DNA of 49,749 bases from an uncultured Nitrospira sp. (GCA_964494125.1 CAZBQO010000001.1:1-49749); one strand, 5' to 3'. Positions 1-11,441 are shown, counted from the stretch's first letter. The notes: a model not told the origin generated them from the sequence alone. Numbers and translations are program-made.

Positions 1-1
1 A

Positions 2-52
2 GAAGGGGGCCGAACGGTCGGAGCCGGGGTGGTCACGGAAATCGTCGCGTAA
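2..52 (+). CDS. tuf: Elongation factor Tu, C-terminal end (partial)
   Basis: Manual translation EGGRTVGAGVVTEIVA* matches the EF-Tu C-terminus; lies directly before rpsJ. Confidence 0.93.
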   Translation, partial: EGGRTVGAGVVTEIVA

Positions 53-85
53 GAAATACTGGTGAAGTGGAAAGGGTAGGTTTTT

Positions 86-397
86 GTGGATCGAGACCGC
101 AGAATAAGAATTCGATTAAAAGGGTTTGATTATAGGGTATTAGATCAATCTCTTCGTGAGATTGTGGATACCGTTCGTCGCAGTGGCGCTCGCATTGCTG
201 GTCCTGTGCCTCTGCCTACGAGAATTGAGAAGTGGACGGTCCAGAGATCGACTCACGTTGATAAAAAATCACGGGAGCAGTTTGAGATTCGTACTCATAA
301 GCGATTGCTGGACATTATGGAGCCAACTCCCGAGACTATGGACGCTCTGATGAAGCTTAATTTGGCGGCGGGGGTTGATGTAGAAATTAAGCTATAG
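86..397 (+). CDS. rpsJ: 30S ribosomal protein S10
   Basis: [32 protein letters not shown]; first gene of S10 operon. Confidence 0.98.
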   Translation: MDRDRRIRIRLKGFDYRVLDQSLREIVDTVRRSGARIAGPVPLPTRIEKWTVQRSTHVDKKSREQFEIRTHKRLLDIMEPTPETMDALMKLNLAAGVDVEIKL

Positions 398-455
398 GTT
401 TCGGGTCAAGGCTTTCATTAGTTACAGTCAACTTAATTTAGGTAATTATTGAATT

Positions 456-1073
456 ATGGTTAAAGGTTTGATAGGTAAAAAATTAGGTATGATCCAGGTT
501 TTTGATAAGGAAAGACGCCTTATTCCTGTGACGGTTATTGAAGCTGGCCCCTGCGGAATTGTTCAGGTCAAGAAGAAAAGCACGGATGGCTATGATGCTG
601 TGCAGATTGGGTTTGATGAAGTGCCGGAACGAAAGCAGACGAAGCCTCAGTTAGGGCACTTGAAAAAAGCAGGAAATAAGGTTTGGCGTCATTTGAGAGA
701 GTTTGGGTCAGCCGGTGAAGCGCAAGTGGGTTCCCAGGTTGACGTAAATTTATTTTCTGAAGGTGAATCAATCAATGTTCAGGGAGTTTCTAAAGGAAAG
801 GGATTCCAGGGAGTTATGAAGCGGCATAATTATGCCGGTGGCCCAGCATCCCATGGATCGATGTTTCATCGGGCCCCTGGGTCCATCGGGTCGAGTTCTT
901 TTCCCTCAAGAGTATTAAAGAATAAAAAACTCCCCGGTCACATGGGGAATAAACAAATCACTGTCAGGGGATTAACGGTTTTTGGAATAAAAACCGAGGA
1001 AAACATACTCTTAGTTACAGGTTCTGTCCCTGGTCCGGTTGGAGGGGTGGTCATCGTAAGGAAGGTCAGCTGA
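456..1073 (+). CDS. rplC: 50S ribosomal protein L3
   Basis: GKKLGM, PVTVIE, SKGKGFQGVMKRH, HRAPGSIG. Confidence 0.98.
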   Translation: MVKGLIGKKLGMIQVFDKERRLIPVTVIEAGPCGIVQVKKKSTDGYDAVQIGFDEVPERKQTKPQLGHLKKAGNKVWRHLREFGSAGEAQVGSQVDVNLFSEGESINVQGVSKGKGFQGVMKRHNYAGGPASHGSMFHRAPGSIGSSSFPSRVLKNKKLPGHMGNKQITVRGLTVFGIKTEENILLVTGSVPGPVGGVVIVRKVS

Positions 1074-1702
1074 TGCAATCTATTGATGCTTTTCCTGTAT
1101 TTGGCCCAGACTCTCGGCCTGTAGATAAAGTTGATTTGACTGATGGTGTTTTCAGTTCGTCGATTAATCCATCATTGGTCCACCGCGCTGTGGTTATGCA
1201 GAGGTCAAGTGCTCGGCAGGGTACAGCGTCTACGCTTGGTCGTGGGGAAGTAAGGGGCGGCGGTAAAAAACCATGGAAGCAAAAGCATACGGGTCGGGCA
1301 AGATCCGGATCAAGTCGGTCTCCGATTTGGAGGGGCGGCGGTACTGTTTTCGGGCCGAAGCCTAGATCGTATTCATCTACCATGCCAAAGAAAATGTATA
1401 GGGCGGCCTTAAGGGGAGCTCTGGCAGCCAAGGCTGGAGATGGATTGGTGGTGTTGGGCGACTTGGTTCTTCCTGAATTGAAAACTCGTGAATTGGTTAA
1501 GTTCTTATCCAATGTCGGAGCGAGTGGGAAAGTCCTATTAGTCATTCAGGAGGGATTGGCTGATATTATTCGTATTGGAAAAAATGTAAAGAATCTTAAA
1601 ATTATTCATGGTAAGAACCTTAATGTATATGACGTGCTTTGGTGTGAAAAATTGGTTGTAACCAGGGCAGAGCTAGAACGAATTCAGGAAATTTGGGTGT
1701 AA
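1073..1702 (+). CDS. rplD: 50S ribosomal protein L4
   Basis: RQGTAST, RGEVRGGGKKPWKQK, GGGTVFGPKPR. Confidence 0.98.
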   Translation: MQSIDAFPVFGPDSRPVDKVDLTDGVFSSSINPSLVHRAVVMQRSSARQGTASTLGRGEVRGGGKKPWKQKHTGRARSGSSRSPIWRGGGTVFGPKPRSYSSTMPKKMYRAALRGALAAKAGDGLVVLGDLVLPELKTRELVKFLSNVGASGKVLLVIQEGLADIIRIGKNVKNLKIIHGKNLNVYDVLWCEKLVVTRAELERIQEIWV

Positions 1703-1703
1703 C

Positions 1704-1991
1704 GTGAATCCACATGATGTTTTAATTCGTCCTTTGTTAACAGAAAAAATTACCGCAATACGCGAGATTAAGAATGGTATTGCGTTCTCCGTGCATCGTC
1801 AGGCGACTCGGATTGATATTCGCAGAGCCGTGGAGAAGGTGTTTAGTGTTAAGGTGGCTTCGGTGAATGTGATGAATGTTAGGGGTAAGAAGAAGAGGCA
1901 AGGTCGTTTTACCGGAAAGAGAACTGATTGGAGAAAGGCCTTCATTACATTAAAAGAGGGCGAAAAAATAGAATTGTATGAAAGTGCCTAG
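1704..1991 (+). CDS. rplW: 50S ribosomal protein L23
   Basis: RPLLTEK, VNVMNVRGKKKR, WRKAFITL; operon position. Confidence 0.97.
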   Translation: MNPHDVLIRPLLTEKITAIREIKNGIAFSVHRQATRIDIRRAVEKVFSVKVASVNVMNVRGKKKRQGRFTGKRTDWRKAFITLKEGEKIELYESA

Positions 1992-2035
1992 TGGATTTAT
2001 TTTTTGTCAATTTCTGAAATAAAGAGAGTTAGTTT

Positions 2036-2875
2036 ATGCCAATAAAAGAATATAATCCAACGTCACCTGGCCGAAGGGGAATGTCGGCTGTCACCGGTGA
2101 GGGGTTATCGCGTAAAAGACCGGAAAAAGCCCTTACCAGCTTTAAATCTAAGTCTGGGGGAAGAAATAACTCTGGAAGAATTACTTCCCGCTTTAAAGGT
2201 GGTGGGCATAAGCGCCTCTATAGGAAAATTGATTTTAAGCGGGATAAATTAAATATTGTCGGCAAGGTTGCCGGAATTGAATATGACCCTAATCGATCGG
2301 CTCGAATTGCACTTTTGCATTATGCGGATGGGGAAAAGCGCTATATCTTGGCTCCTTTTGGCTTGAAGGTCGGTGATTCAGTTCAAGCTGGTACCGGGGT
2401 AGACGTGAGGGTGGGAAATGCTTTGCCCCTTATGGAAATGCCTCTTGGCATAGTGGTGCACAATGTGGAGTTAAAACCTGGTAAAGGGGCCCAATTAGTT
2501 CGGAGTGCCGGGGCTTCAGCTCAAGTGATGGGCCGGGATGAGGGCTATGTCCAGATTCGTTTAACCTCTGGTGAAATGAGGAAAATACTCGGAACGTGTA
2601 TTGCCACAATCGGGCAGGTCGGGAATGCCGACCATAATAACGTCACCATTGGGAAAGCTGGTAGGTCTCGATGGTTAGGGCGTAAACCGCATCAAAGGGG
2701 AGTCGTGATGAATCCGGTTGACCATCCCCATGGCGGTGGTGAGGGAAAGTCAGGTCAAGGGAATCCGCATCCGGTTTCACCATGGGGTCAGCCTACAAAG
2801 GGGTTTAAAACACGGAAGCCGCGAAACCAAAGCTCGCGTTTTATAATTGCAGGTAGAAAGAAAAAGTCCCGTTAA
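2036..2875 (+). CDS. rplB: 50S ribosomal protein L2
   Basis: [35 protein letters not shown]. Confidence 0.99.
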   Translation: MPIKEYNPTSPGRRGMSAVTGEGLSRKRPEKALTSFKSKSGGRNNSGRITSRFKGGGHKRLYRKIDFKRDKLNIVGKVAGIEYDPNRSARIALLHYADGEKRYILAPFGLKVGDSVQAGTGVDVRVGNALPLMEMPLGIVVHNVELKPGKGAQLVRSAGASAQVMGRDEGYVQIRLTSGEMRKILGTCIATIGQVGNADHNNVTIGKAGRSRWLGRKPHQRGVVMNPVDHPHGGGEGKSGQGNPHPVSPWGQPTKGFKTRKPRNQSSRFIIAGRKKKSR

Positions 2876-2887
2876 TTTAAGGGGGAA

Positions 2888-3178
2888 TTGATGCCAAGGT
2901 CAGTACATAAAGGTCCATTTGTCGATGAGCATATTGCAAAAAAAGTTGACAAAGCCAGGGAGGGAAGAGAGTCCAAGGTTATAAAAACCTGGTCTAGGCG
3001 GTCGACAATTATTCCAGATATGATCGGGTTGACTTTTGCGGTCCATAACGGGAAAAAATTTATTCCGGTTTTTATTACCGACAATATGGTGGGTCATAAA
3101 TTAGGTGAATTCGCTCCAACAAGATTTTTTAAGGGACATGGTCATGCTAGGAGTGAAAAGGCAGTTGCGTTAAAGTAA
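2888..3178 (+). CDS. rpsS: 30S ribosomal protein S19 (ATG at 2891 likely start)
   Basis: [28 protein letters not shown]. Confidence 0.98.
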   Translation: MMPRSVHKGPFVDEHIAKKVDKAREGRESKVIKTWSRRSTIIPDMIGLTFAVHNGKKFIPVFITDNMVGHKLGEFAPTRFFKGHGHARSEKAVALK

Positions 3179-3227
3179 ATAATTTAAGTTTTCATCAGTC
3201 AGTGGTATTTGAGCAAGGTAAAAAAAT

Positions 3228-3566
3228 ATGGCGGAAGCTAAAGCAATTCTTCGACATGTAAGATTGGCCCCACGTAAGGCAAGGTTAATTGTTGATATGG
3301 TTAGGGGAAGGAATGCGGCTGAAGCATTAGCCATATTGAAATATACCCCAAGGTCAGCGGCTAGGGTGGTTGAGCAATTACTCTTTTCGGCAGTGTCTAA
3401 CGCCGGGCAGAAAGATTTGGGTGACCCTGAAAATCTTAGAATCGCCAGAGCGTATGTGGATGGTGGTCCAATATATAAGCGCTTTCGCCCTCGATCAATG
3501 GGAAGGGCTAACCCTATTCATAAGAGAACGAGTCATATAACGATCGTTGTGAGTCCCGCAGGTTAG
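3228..3566 (+). CDS. rplV: 50S ribosomal protein L22
   Basis: APRKARL, RPRSMGRA, KRTSHITI. Confidence 0.98.
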   Translation: MAEAKAILRHVRLAPRKARLIVDMVRGRNAAEALAILKYTPRSAARVVEQLLFSAVSNAGQKDLGDPENLRIARAYVDGGPIYKRFRPRSMGRANPIHKRTSHITIVVSPAG

Positions 3567-3613
3567 TAGGGCCTATTTTTCTAAACTTGGGAGTTAAGAG
3601 GGGGAAAGAATAG

Positions 3614-4279
3614 ATGGGTCAAAAGACGCACCCGTATGGTTTCAGATTGGGTTATACCAGAACATGGCATTCGCGATGGTATGCAAAAAAAGATTTTGCG
3701 AAGTTGCTTCACCAAGATTTGTCGATTAGGGACGTGGTTAAAAAACGCCTGTATCATGCTGGCATATCCAGCGTTGAAATAGAGAGATCGGGTAACCAAC
3801 TTAAATTAATCATTCATACTGCTCGTCCCGGGATTATCATAGGGAGGAAGGGCGCTGAGGTTGATAAATTGAAAGCCACTCTTGAAAAAGAGTATGGCAA
3901 TGAAGTTTTTGTAACCGTAAAAGAAATTAAGAAGCCAGAGTTGGATGCTCAGCTGGTAGCCGAGAATATTGCCACCCAATTGGAAAAGCGGGTCTCATTT
4001 CGTCGTGCGTTGAAGCGAAGCGTTGCTTCCGCTCTGAGACTTGGAGCTTTGGGGATAAAGGTGTATTGTGCTGGTCGGCTTGGAGGGCATGAAATTGCCA
4101 GAACTGAGTGGTATCGAGAGGGTCGAGTTCCCCTTCATACTCTTAGGGCGGATGTTGAATATGGATTTGCGGAAGCCAAAACCGCCATGGGTCAAATTGG
4201 AGTTAAGGCTTGGATATTTAAAGGGGATGCTCAAATTCCTTCTTTGGAAAAGTCGGAGCCTTCATTAGGTTTTTTATAA
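3614..4279 (+). CDS. rpsC: 30S ribosomal protein S3
   Basis: [15 protein letters not shown] motif [21 protein letters not shown]. Confidence 0.99.
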   Translation: MGQKTHPYGFRLGYTRTWHSRWYAKKDFAKLLHQDLSIRDVVKKRLYHAGISSVEIERSGNQLKLIIHTARPGIIIGRKGAEVDKLKATLEKEYGNEVFVTVKEIKKPELDAQLVAENIATQLEKRVSFRRALKRSVASALRLGALGIKVYCAGRLGGHEIARTEWYREGRVPLHTLRADVEYGFAEAKTAMGQIGVKAWIFKGDAQIPSLEKSEPSLGFL

Positions 4280-4317
4280 AAGATGGTAATGATCTAAGTG
4301 ATTGGAGTATTTGAAAG

Positions 4318-4740
4318 ATGTTAGCTCCGAAAAGGGTTAAATTCAGAAAGGTTCAAAAGGGCCGGATGCGTGGAAAGGCCTACCGTGGTGGGGAAATCGC
4401 CTATGGGGTATTCGGCCTTAAAGCAATGGAGCCCGGAAGAATTACGGCCAGGCAAATTGAAGCTGCTCGTATTGCAATGACCAGACATGTCAAGAGGGGT
4501 GGTAGGATTTGGACCAGAATTTTCCCTGATAAGCCTATTACTAAGAAACCTGCGGAAGTTCGAATGGGAAAAGGAAAGGGAAACCCTGAATATTGGGTTG
4601 CCCCGGTAAAGTCTGGAAGAATTTTGTTTGAAATGGATGATGTTACGCAAACCGTTGCGGAAGAGGCATTGCGCTTGGCAGGGCATAAATTACCGGTGGC
4701 CACAAAATTTGTTATTCGTGGAGAAATACCGGTTTTGTAG
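4318..4740 (+). CDS. rplP: 50S ribosomal protein L16
   Basis: [27 protein letters not shown]. Confidence 0.99.
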   Translation: MLAPKRVKFRKVQKGRMRGKAYRGGEIAYGVFGLKAMEPGRITARQIEAARIAMTRHVKRGGRIWTRIFPDKPITKKPAEVRMGKGKGNPEYWVAPVKSGRILFEMDDVTQTVAEEALRLAGHKLPVATKFVIRGEIPVL

Positions 4741-4743
4741 GTA

Positions 4744-4938
4744 TTGGAAATGGAAATGGACGAATTAAAAAATTTAGAAAAAAGTGAATTGTTTGAGAGA
4801 ATAAATAAATTGAAGCAGGAGTTGTTTCATTTTAGGAGTCAATTGGCATTAGGACGCATGGAAAATCCAATGCGAATACGTGAGACAAGAAAAGATATCG
4901 CCAGGGTTAAAACCGTTCTTCGCCAAAAGGCTAATTAG
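4744..4938 (+). CDS. rpmC: 50S ribosomal protein L29 (true start probably a few codons downstream)
   Basis: LKQELFHFR...ENPMRIRETRKDIARVKT; position. Confidence 0.96.
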   Translation: MEMEMDELKNLEKSELFERINKLKQELFHFRSQLALGRMENPMRIRETRKDIARVKTVLRQKAN

Positions 4939-4950
4939 TCAACCAAGACT

Positions 4951-5238
4951 TTGAAGGAAAGTTATTTAATTATGACACAGACCAGGGCTCTGCCTCGATC
5001 ACTGACGGGAAAAGTAGTTAGTAATAAAATGCAAAAAACCGTTGTGGTTGAAGTTGTTCGCATAGAGCGTCATTCTCTGTATGGAAAAGTGTTGAGAAGA
5101 AAGACAAAGTTAAAGGCTCACGATGAAGTGAATCAATGCCAGATAGGAGATCAGGTTCATATAGTTTATGCGCGACCTTTAAGTAAGACCAAGCACTGGC
5201 GAGTTTCTGAGGTTTTAAATAAACGAGTGGCTTCCTAG
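4951..5238 (+). CDS. rpsQ: 30S ribosomal protein S17 (likely start ATG 4972)
   Basis: GKVVSNKMQKTVVV, AHDE, RPLSKTKHW. Confidence 0.97.
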   Translation: MKESYLIMTQTRALPRSLTGKVVSNKMQKTVVVEVVRIERHSLYGKVLRRKTKLKAHDEVNQCQIGDQVHIVYARPLSKTKHWRVSEVLNKRVAS

Positions 5239-5295
5239 AATTCTGGATTATGTGTTTTAAATATTTCTTCGGTTAATACGAAATAGAGTTAACTA

Positions 5296-5664
5296 ATGAT
5301 ACAAAATTATACTTATCTTGATGTGGCCGATAATTCAGGCGCAAAGAATGTGATGTGTTTTCATGTGCTGGGTGGAACGAAGCGTCGCTATGGATCTTTA
5401 GGGGACATCATTGTGGTAGCCGTAAAAGAGGCAATCCCAAAGGCATCGGTTAAAAAAGGTGATGTCATGAAGGCCGTCATTGTTCGAACTAAAAAAGGCC
5501 GTCGAAGGGAAGACGGTTCTCATATTAAATTTGACCGGAACGCATGTGTTTTGGTTAATGCTCAGGGTGATCCTGTTGGGACTCGTATCTTTGGGCCCGT
5601 TGCAAGGGAATTAAGAAAGAAAAAGTATATGAAAATTATATCTCTGGCTCCAGAAGTCATTTAG
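5296..5664 (+). CDS. rplN: 50S ribosomal protein L14
   Basis: [30 protein letters not shown]. Confidence 0.99.
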   Translation: MIQNYTYLDVADNSGAKNVMCFHVLGGTKRRYGSLGDIIVVAVKEAIPKASVKKGDVMKAVIVRTKKGRRREDGSHIKFDRNACVLVNAQGDPVGTRIFGPVARELRKKKYMKIISLAPEVI

Positions 5665-5675
5665 GGTAGGTTATT

Positions 5676-6008
5676 ATGGCTGAAAAATTTCGGTTAAAAA
5701 AAGGCGATCTGGTTATGGTTATCGCTGGCAAGGAGCGTGGTAAGACGGGGAAAGTACTCCAGGTTCAAACAAAAGATGCCAGGGTCACAGTTGAAAAGCT
5801 TAATATAATAAAACGGCATACAAAACCAAACGCTAAAAATAAGCAGGGGGGAATCCTTGAGCGAGAGGGCTTTATGGCGATTTCCAATGTGATGGCATTT
5901 TGTGAATCTGTTAAAAAACCTTCAAGAATTAAAATGAAAACTTTTGATGATGGACGGAAAATCCGTGTTTATCAAAAAGCTCCAACTGAAGTTCTGGATA
6001 AAAGCTGA
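5676..6008 (+). CDS. rplX: 50S ribosomal protein L24
   Basis: KOW motif [20 protein letters not shown]. Confidence 0.98.
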   Translation: MAEKFRLKKGDLVMVIAGKERGKTGKVLQVQTKDARVTVEKLNIIKRHTKPNAKNKQGGILEREGFMAISNVMAFCESVKKPSRIKMKTFDDGRKIRVYQKAPTEVLDKS

Positions 6009-6634
6009 TGAAATCAAAATCTGTAACCAAACAAGCAGCCAAGGCAAAAGAAAAGGTGGTAGGCTCCTCCGCGGTTAAACCGCAGGATTATATACCACGG
6101 ATTAAGGCAATGTACCATGAAAAGGTTATCCCTGCCATGATGAAAGAATTTGGGTATAAAAACCCAATGCAGGTCCCTCGAGTGGAAAGAATTGTCTTAA
6201 ATATAGGAATGGGGGAAGCCGTTCAGAATGTGAAATTATTGGAAAGTGCCGCGGCCGAACTTGAACAAATAACCGGGCAAAAGCCTGTCTTGACTCGGTC
6301 CAAAAAAGCTATCGCGGGATTTAAATTGCGTGAAGGAATTCCAATAGGAGCGAAGGTTACCTTAAGGGGCGCAAGGATGCATGAGTTTCTGGACCGGTTG
6401 GTATCGGTGGCTTTACCCAGAATTCGTGATTTCCGTGGGATCTCTCCAAAAGCTTTCGATGGACGAGGGAACTATACGCTCGGATTAAAAGAACAGTTGG
6501 CGTTTCCTGAAATTAAATATGATGATGTTGCATCAATCCATGGGATGGATATTACGTTTGTTACTACCGCTCAACGGAATGATGAAGCCAAATCTTTATT
6601 GGCCCACTTGGGAATGCCTTTTCGGAAACCCTAA
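6008..6634 (+). CDS. rplE: 50S ribosomal protein L5 with basic N-terminal extension
   Basis: [26 protein letters not shown]. Confidence 0.98.
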   Translation: MKSKSVTKQAAKAKEKVVGSSAVKPQDYIPRIKAMYHEKVIPAMMKEFGYKNPMQVPRVERIVLNIGMGEAVQNVKLLESAAAELEQITGQKPVLTRSKKAIAGFKLREGIPIGAKVTLRGARMHEFLDRLVSVALPRIRDFRGISPKAFDGRGNYTLGLKEQLAFPEIKYDDVASIHGMDITFVTTAQRNDEAKSLLAHLGMPFRKP

Positions 6635-6652
6635 GGAGGGAAAGGAGCGAAC

Positions 6653-6838
6653 GTGTCAAGGTTAGCACTAAAAAATAAGGCTAAGCGAAATCCGAAATTC
6701 ACATGTCGCCACTATAATCGTTGCCCACTTTGTGGGCGCGTGAGAGGATTTTTGCGTCGCTTTCTTATGTGTCGAATATGTTTTCGTTTCCTTAGTTTGC
6801 GTGGTGATATCCCTGGCGTAACCAAATCCAGTTGGTAG
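6653..6838 (+). CDS. rpsN: 30S ribosomal protein S14, Zn-binding (type Z, 61 aa)
   Basis: RCPLCGR...[15 protein letters not shown]. Confidence 0.97.
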   Translation: MSRLALKNKAKRNPKFTCRHYNRCPLCGRVRGFLRRFLMCRICFRFLSLRGDIPGVTKSSW

Positions 6839-6900
6839 CGTTTTGGTGGTAAACAGTTGTAGGTAGCAATTGGCAAATAATTCAATACGAGGTTTTTAGC

Positions 6901-7308
6901 ATGTCGATGACTGATCCTCTCGCAGATTTATTCGTGCGAATTCAAAATGCGGGACGCCGTGGCCACGATCTGGTTAAAATCCCATCTTCTCGGGTTAAAA
7001 AAGATATCCTGCGAATTTTTAAGGAAGAGGGATTCATTCGTGACTACAAAGCAGCTACGGGTGCCAATGGACACCCAGTTATTGAAGTTTCGCTTCGATA
7101 TGCTCCTGGTCGCCAAAAAAAATCATTCATAACTGGGATAAAACGGATTAGTAAGCCAGGGTGTAGAGTATACGCTGGGAAGGAAGATCTTCCGCGAGTG
7201 ATGCGGGGATTGGGAATGGCTATCCTGACTACTGATCGTGGATTATTAACTGATGAGCAATGCAGGAGTTCCCAAGTCGGCGGTGAAGTTTTATGCCATG
7301 TGTGGTGA
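6901..7308 (+). CDS. rpsH: 30S ribosomal protein S8
   Basis: MTDPLAD, RISKPGCRVY, GGEVLC. Confidence 0.98.
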   Translation: MSMTDPLADLFVRIQNAGRRGHDLVKIPSSRVKKDILRIFKEEGFIRDYKAATGANGHPVIEVSLRYAPGRQKKSFITGIKRISKPGCRVYAGKEDLPRVMRGLGMAILTTDRGLLTDEQCRSSQVGGEVLCHVW

Positions 7309-7353
7309 TTTTGGATACCTTATTTACTTGAATTTTTAATTAATAGGTTAATC

Positions 7354-7893
7354 ATGTCGAGGATTGGACGAAAGCCGATATCAATTCCCAAAGGCGTCGA
7401 AGTGCGGGTTATTGATGGGAACATTTTAGTGAAGGGGCCGCTGGGGCAGCTTCAGTGGGGACTGAGCCCGGGAATTCAAGCCATTGTAGAAAAAGAAGAA
7501 GTTTCGTTGTCCAGAAATGACGATTCAGCAAAACTTAAGGCACTGCATGGACTAACAAGGGCGGAGGTCGCTAATCAGTTAAAGGGAGTCAAGGATGGTT
7601 TTCAGGAAAACCTTGAAGTGATGGGGGTTGGATACCGAGCGCAGATTCAAGGAAGTGAATTAAGCTTCTCTGTCGGGTATGCTCATCCAGTGTCAATAAA
7701 ATTGCCAAAAGGAGTCGAGGCATCTGTTGACAAGCAAACATCAATTTCTCTCAAAGGAATTGATAAACGAATGGTTAGCCTGGTGGCAGCCCAAATCAGA
7801 AGTATGAAGGTTCCGGATGTGTACAAGCAAAAAGGTATTAAGTATGTTGGTGAAATCCTTCGTAAAAAAGCTGGTAAAGCCGGCAAAAAGTAG
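7354..7893 (+). CDS. rplF: 50S ribosomal protein L6
   Basis: MSRIGRKPI, GVGYRA, PDVYKQKGIKY. Confidence 0.98.
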   Translation: MSRIGRKPISIPKGVEVRVIDGNILVKGPLGQLQWGLSPGIQAIVEKEEVSLSRNDDSAKLKALHGLTRAEVANQLKGVKDGFQENLEVMGVGYRAQIQGSELSFSVGYAHPVSIKLPKGVEASVDKQTSISLKGIDKRMVSLVAAQIRSMKVPDVYKQKGIKYVGEILRKKAGKAGKK

Positions 7894-7902
7894 GTTGAAC
7901 TT

Positions 7903-8268
7903 GTGAATATACTGGAAAAACAAAAAAGGTTGCATAAGCGGAGTCGGCGGGTGCGGTTGCGCATTGTCGGATTATCTTCTCGTCCACGATTAAGTGTATT
8001 TAGGAGTAATTCTCATATTTATGCCCAAATTATCGATGATGCGGATGGTCGTACCTTGGTTTCGGCCTCATCCTGTGACCCTGGCTTAAAAGATAAAATA
8101 AAATCAGGTGGGAATATTGAAGCAGCCAAGATGGTGGGACAGGCAATTGCTGAGCGGGCAAAGGCCATACCAATTGAACTGGTGGTATTTGATCGAGGTG
8201 GCAGATTGTATCATGGCCGGGTCAAGGCATTGGCGGATGCTGCTCGTTCAGGTGGATTGAAATTCTAA
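7903..8268 (+). CDS. rplR: 50S ribosomal protein L18
   Basis: [31 protein letters not shown]. Confidence 0.98.
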   Translation: MNILEKQKRLHKRSRRVRLRIVGLSSRPRLSVFRSNSHIYAQIIDDADGRTLVSASSCDPGLKDKIKSGGNIEAAKMVGQAIAERAKAIPIELVVFDRGGRLYHGRVKALADAARSGGLKF

Positions 8269-8312
8269 TCTTGCCCAGCCCCAATTTTTGCTAAAGGGAA
8301 GGATTCACTTCT

Positions 8313-8807
8313 GTGAGAGTTAATGTTGAAGAGCTCAATTTAAAAGATAAGCCGGTGGTAATTAACCGTGTAGCCAAAGTGGTGAAAGGGGGGAAACGGT
8401 TCTCCTTTTCCGCCTTGGTTGTTGTGGGCGATGGCGATGGTTGGGTGGGTGTAGGAAAAGGTAAAGCGACCGAAGTTCCATCTGCCATAGCTAAGGCCGT
8501 AGCTCATGCAAAAAAAAATCTTATCAGGATTCCCCTTAAATCTAATACTATCCCCCATGAGGTGCATGGGTATTTCGGTGGAGAGCACATTGTCCTGAAA
8601 CCGGCAAAACAAGGTACGGGTATCATCGCCGGTGGAGCAGTACGTTCGTTATTGGAGGTGGCTGGTGCTCAGAATATCGTTGCGAAAACCCTAGGTCGTG
8701 GGAATCCGTTTAACGCCGTGAGGGCAACTATTGAAGGCTTGAGCCAACTGCGTGATCCCTATGAAGTAAGAGAGATGCGTCGAACTGCCGTCGGGATGGA
8801 AGATTAA
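8313..8807 (+). CDS. rpsE: 30S ribosomal protein S5
   Basis: [30 protein letters not shown]. Confidence 0.98.
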   Translation: MRVNVEELNLKDKPVVINRVAKVVKGGKRFSFSALVVVGDGDGWVGVGKGKATEVPSAIAKAVAHAKKNLIRIPLKSNTIPHEVHGYFGGEHIVLKPAKQGTGIIAGGAVRSLLEVAGAQNIVAKTLGRGNPFNAVRATIEGLSQLRDPYEVREMRRTAVGMED

Positions 8808-8844
8808 TTGATATTCAAATAACCAGTGAGGAAACCTGGAAATC

Positions 8845-9033
8845 ATGGTGACACCAACCAATTTCTCAATCACATTGAAGCGAAGCACAATAGGCCATCC
8901 AGATAAAATGCGTGTGGTTTTATTGGGGCTCGGACTTAGGAAAATCGGCCAGACTGTCAGTCGTCCGGATACAGAACAGGTACGTGGATTAATTTATAAG
9001 GTCAGGCATCTTATTGAGGTTGCTGTTTCATGA
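8845..9033 (+). CDS. rpmD: 50S ribosomal protein L30
   Basis: [30 protein letters not shown]. Confidence 0.96.
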   Translation: MVTPTNFSITLKRSTIGHPDKMRVVLLGLGLRKIGQTVSRPDTEQVRGLIYKVRHLIEVAVS

Positions 9034-9479
9034 AACTACACGATTTACATCCGTCTCCTGGTTCAAAAACCAAAAAAAAACGCCTTGGCCGTGGGCCTGG
9101 TTCCGGGTTAGGGAAGACAGCCGGGAAAGGGCATAAAGGGTTATTAGCCCGTTCTGGTCGGGCTAATCAAGCGGGTTTTGAAGGTGGGCAAATGCCACTT
9201 GCCCGCAGATTACCCAAACGTGGGTTTACAAATATTTTCCGGATACAATATTCGGTGATAAATCTTAAGGATCTAGTTTCTCAGGAAAAAACTATGAATT
9301 TTAACCCAACAGTTTTTAAGGAAATTGGGTTAACCAAAGGGCGAAATCCGAATGTCAAAATACTTGGTACTGGGGAAATTGATCGCCCGATTGTTGTTGA
9401 AGCACATAAATTTAGTGATACTGCCAGACAAAAAATTGAGAGTGTCGGTGGGCAAGTAAAGGTGATCGGCCGTGCTTGA
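9030..9479 (+). CDS. rplO: 50S ribosomal protein L15
   Basis: [28 protein letters not shown]. Confidence 0.98.
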   Translation: MKLHDLHPSPGSKTKKKRLGRGPGSGLGKTAGKGHKGLLARSGRANQAGFEGGQMPLARRLPKRGFTNIFRIQYSVINLKDLVSQEKTMNFNPTVFKEIGLTKGRNPNVKILGTGEIDRPIVVEAHKFSDTARQKIESVGGQVKVIGRA

Positions 9480-10785
9480 GCGGCTTATCACGAGCCTTCA
9501 AAATATCTTCAAAATTCCGGAGTTGCGTAGCCGGGTAATATTTACCTTGTCTATGCTTGCAGTTTATCGGATTGGGGCTCATGTCCCCACCCCAGGAATT
9601 AATAATGAAGAGCTATTCAAGTTTCTCACTGAAAGAGGTGGGGCCCTCATGGGCTTCCTTGATATTTTTTCTGGAGGAGCTTTATCGAGGCTTACAATTT
9701 TCGCCTTGGGCATTATGCCCTATATTAGCGCCTCGATTATTTTACAGCTTCTCACGGTCGTTGTTCCCCATCTTTCGAAATTAGCAAAAGAAGGAGAGCG
9801 AGGAAGAAAGACAATCATTCAATACACCAGGTATGGAACTATCCTCATTGCCTTGATTCAAGGATTTGGTATTGCTCTCGGCTTGGAAGGGATGAATGAT
9901 GGGGCATTTGTTCTTGACCCTGGTTGGTCTTTTCGATTGATGACAGTGATTACGTTGGTAGCTGGAACAGCCTTCCTTATGTGGTTAGGGGAGCAAATAA
10001 CCGAACGGGGTGTTGGAAATGGTATTTCTCTTATAATTTTTTCCGGCATAGTTGCCAGCCTTCCAAGTGCAGTGGTTCAAACCTTTGATTTATATCAGGT
10101 TGGTCAAATTAGTCTCCTTTTACTAATAGTCCTTGGTATCGTTATGCTGGCAGTGATGGGGGCTATTGTTTTTTTAGAAAGTGGACGAAGAAAAATTGCG
10201 GTGCAATATGCAAAACGAATAGTTGGGAGACGGGTATATGGGGGACAAAATACTCATATTCCTTTGAAAATAAATACGGCTGGTGTTATTCCGCCCATTT
10301 TTGCCTCCTCAATTATTGCATTTCCAGCCACGATAGCCAGTTTTATTCAAGTACCCTGGGTTCAAAGCATCGGGTCCCAGTTAGCTCCAGGATCCTTACT
10401 TTATACAATGCTATATGTTGGAATGATTATTTTTTTCTGTTTCTTCTATACAGCTGTGGTGCTAAATCCTGTCGATATGGCTGACAACATGAAAAAATAT
10501 GGTGGATTTATTCCAGGGATACGACCGGGGCAAAAGACTGCGGACTTTATTTATAAGGTATTGACCAGAGTAACATTTGCCGGAGCGATTTATTTAGCTA
10601 TCGTATGCGTTATTCCAGAATTACTGATCTACCGACTTAATATGCCTTTTTATTTTGGAGGTACCTCACTTTTGATTGTCATTGGGGTGGGGTTGGATAC
10701 CGCACAACAAATAGAAAATCACATGCTCATGCGGAATTATGAAGGGTTTCTTGGAAAAGGTTCCTTAAAGGGGAGAAGTGGGTAA
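9472..10785 (+). CDS. secY: Preprotein translocase subunit SecY
   Basis: IFALGIMPYISASII, GVGNGISL, IPGIRPG, FGGTSLLIV; about 10 hydrophobic segments. Confidence 0.99.
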   Translation: MLERLITSLQNIFKIPELRSRVIFTLSMLAVYRIGAHVPTPGINNEELFKFLTERGGALMGFLDIFSGGALSRLTIFALGIMPYISASIILQLLTVVVPHLSKLAKEGERGRKTIIQYTRYGTILIALIQGFGIALGLEGMNDGAFVLDPGWSFRLMTVITLVAGTAFLMWLGEQITERGVGNGISLIIFSGIVASLPSAVVQTFDLYQVGQISLLLLIVLGIVMLAVMGAIVFLESGRRKIAVQYAKRIVGRRVYGGQNTHIPLKINTAGVIPPIFASSIIAFPATIASFIQVPWVQSIGSQLAPGSLLYTMLYVGMIIFFCFFYTAVVLNPVDMADNMKKYGGFIPGIRPGQKTADFIYKVLTRVTFAGAIYLAIVCVIPELLIYRLNMPFYFGGTSLLIVIGVGLDTAQQIENHMLMRNYEGFLGKGSLKGRSG

Positions 10786-11440
10786 CAGAATGAGGGTTAT
10801 TTTTCTAGGCCCTCCTGGAGTTGGAAAAGGGACCCAGGCAGATTTTATTGCCAAAAAGTTCTGTATTCAAAAACTTTCAACAGGAGATTTGCTGAGAGAG
10901 AGCGTTGAAAGGCGTACCAAACTTGGAAGTGAAGTTAAGCTCTTTATGGAGCGTGGTGAATTAGTTCCCGATGCGGTCGTGATTGGGTTAGTTGAAGAAA
11001 AATTAGGCTCTCCGGAATGTCGAAATGGTTTTCTGTTAGATGGATTTCCTCGAACGGTAGCCCAAGCCAATAAGTTGTCGTCGTTTTTGGAAGAGAATGG
11101 GGAGGCTATTGATCGGGTGGTATATTTTTCCCTTCCCCAGGCGGATATAATTGAACGAATAAGCGGGAGACGAAGTTGTCCCAATTGTAAGGCCGTATAT
11201 CATCTTAAGTCCATTCCACCCAAAAAAGAGGGGGTGTGCAATGAATGTGAAATACCCCTTATACAGCGAAATGATGATAAGCCGGAAACCATTCAATCCC
11301 GATTGGTTGTATATCAAAAACAAACAGAGCCCTTAATCCAATATTATAAGGACAGGGGAATTCTTTCCGAATTGGATGGATCAGGGGTAGTTTCTGCAGT
11401 TCGGGAGCGATTGGTAGCTCTCCTAACGCAACCCGGATAG
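10778..11440 (+). CDS. adk: Adenylate kinase with Zn-binding LID
   Basis: GPPGVGKGTQ, STGDLLR, LDGFPRT, CPNC...CNEC. Confidence 0.98.
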   Translation: MGNRMRVIFLGPPGVGKGTQADFIAKKFCIQKLSTGDLLRESVERRTKLGSEVKLFMERGELVPDAVVIGLVEEKLGSPECRNGFLLDGFPRTVAQANKLSSFLEENGEAIDRVVYFSLPQADIIERISGRRSCPNCKAVYHLKSIPPKKEGVCNECEIPLIQRNDDKPETIQSRLVVYQKQTEPLIQYYKDRGILSELDGSGVVSAVRERLVALLTQPG

Positions 11441-11441
11441 A

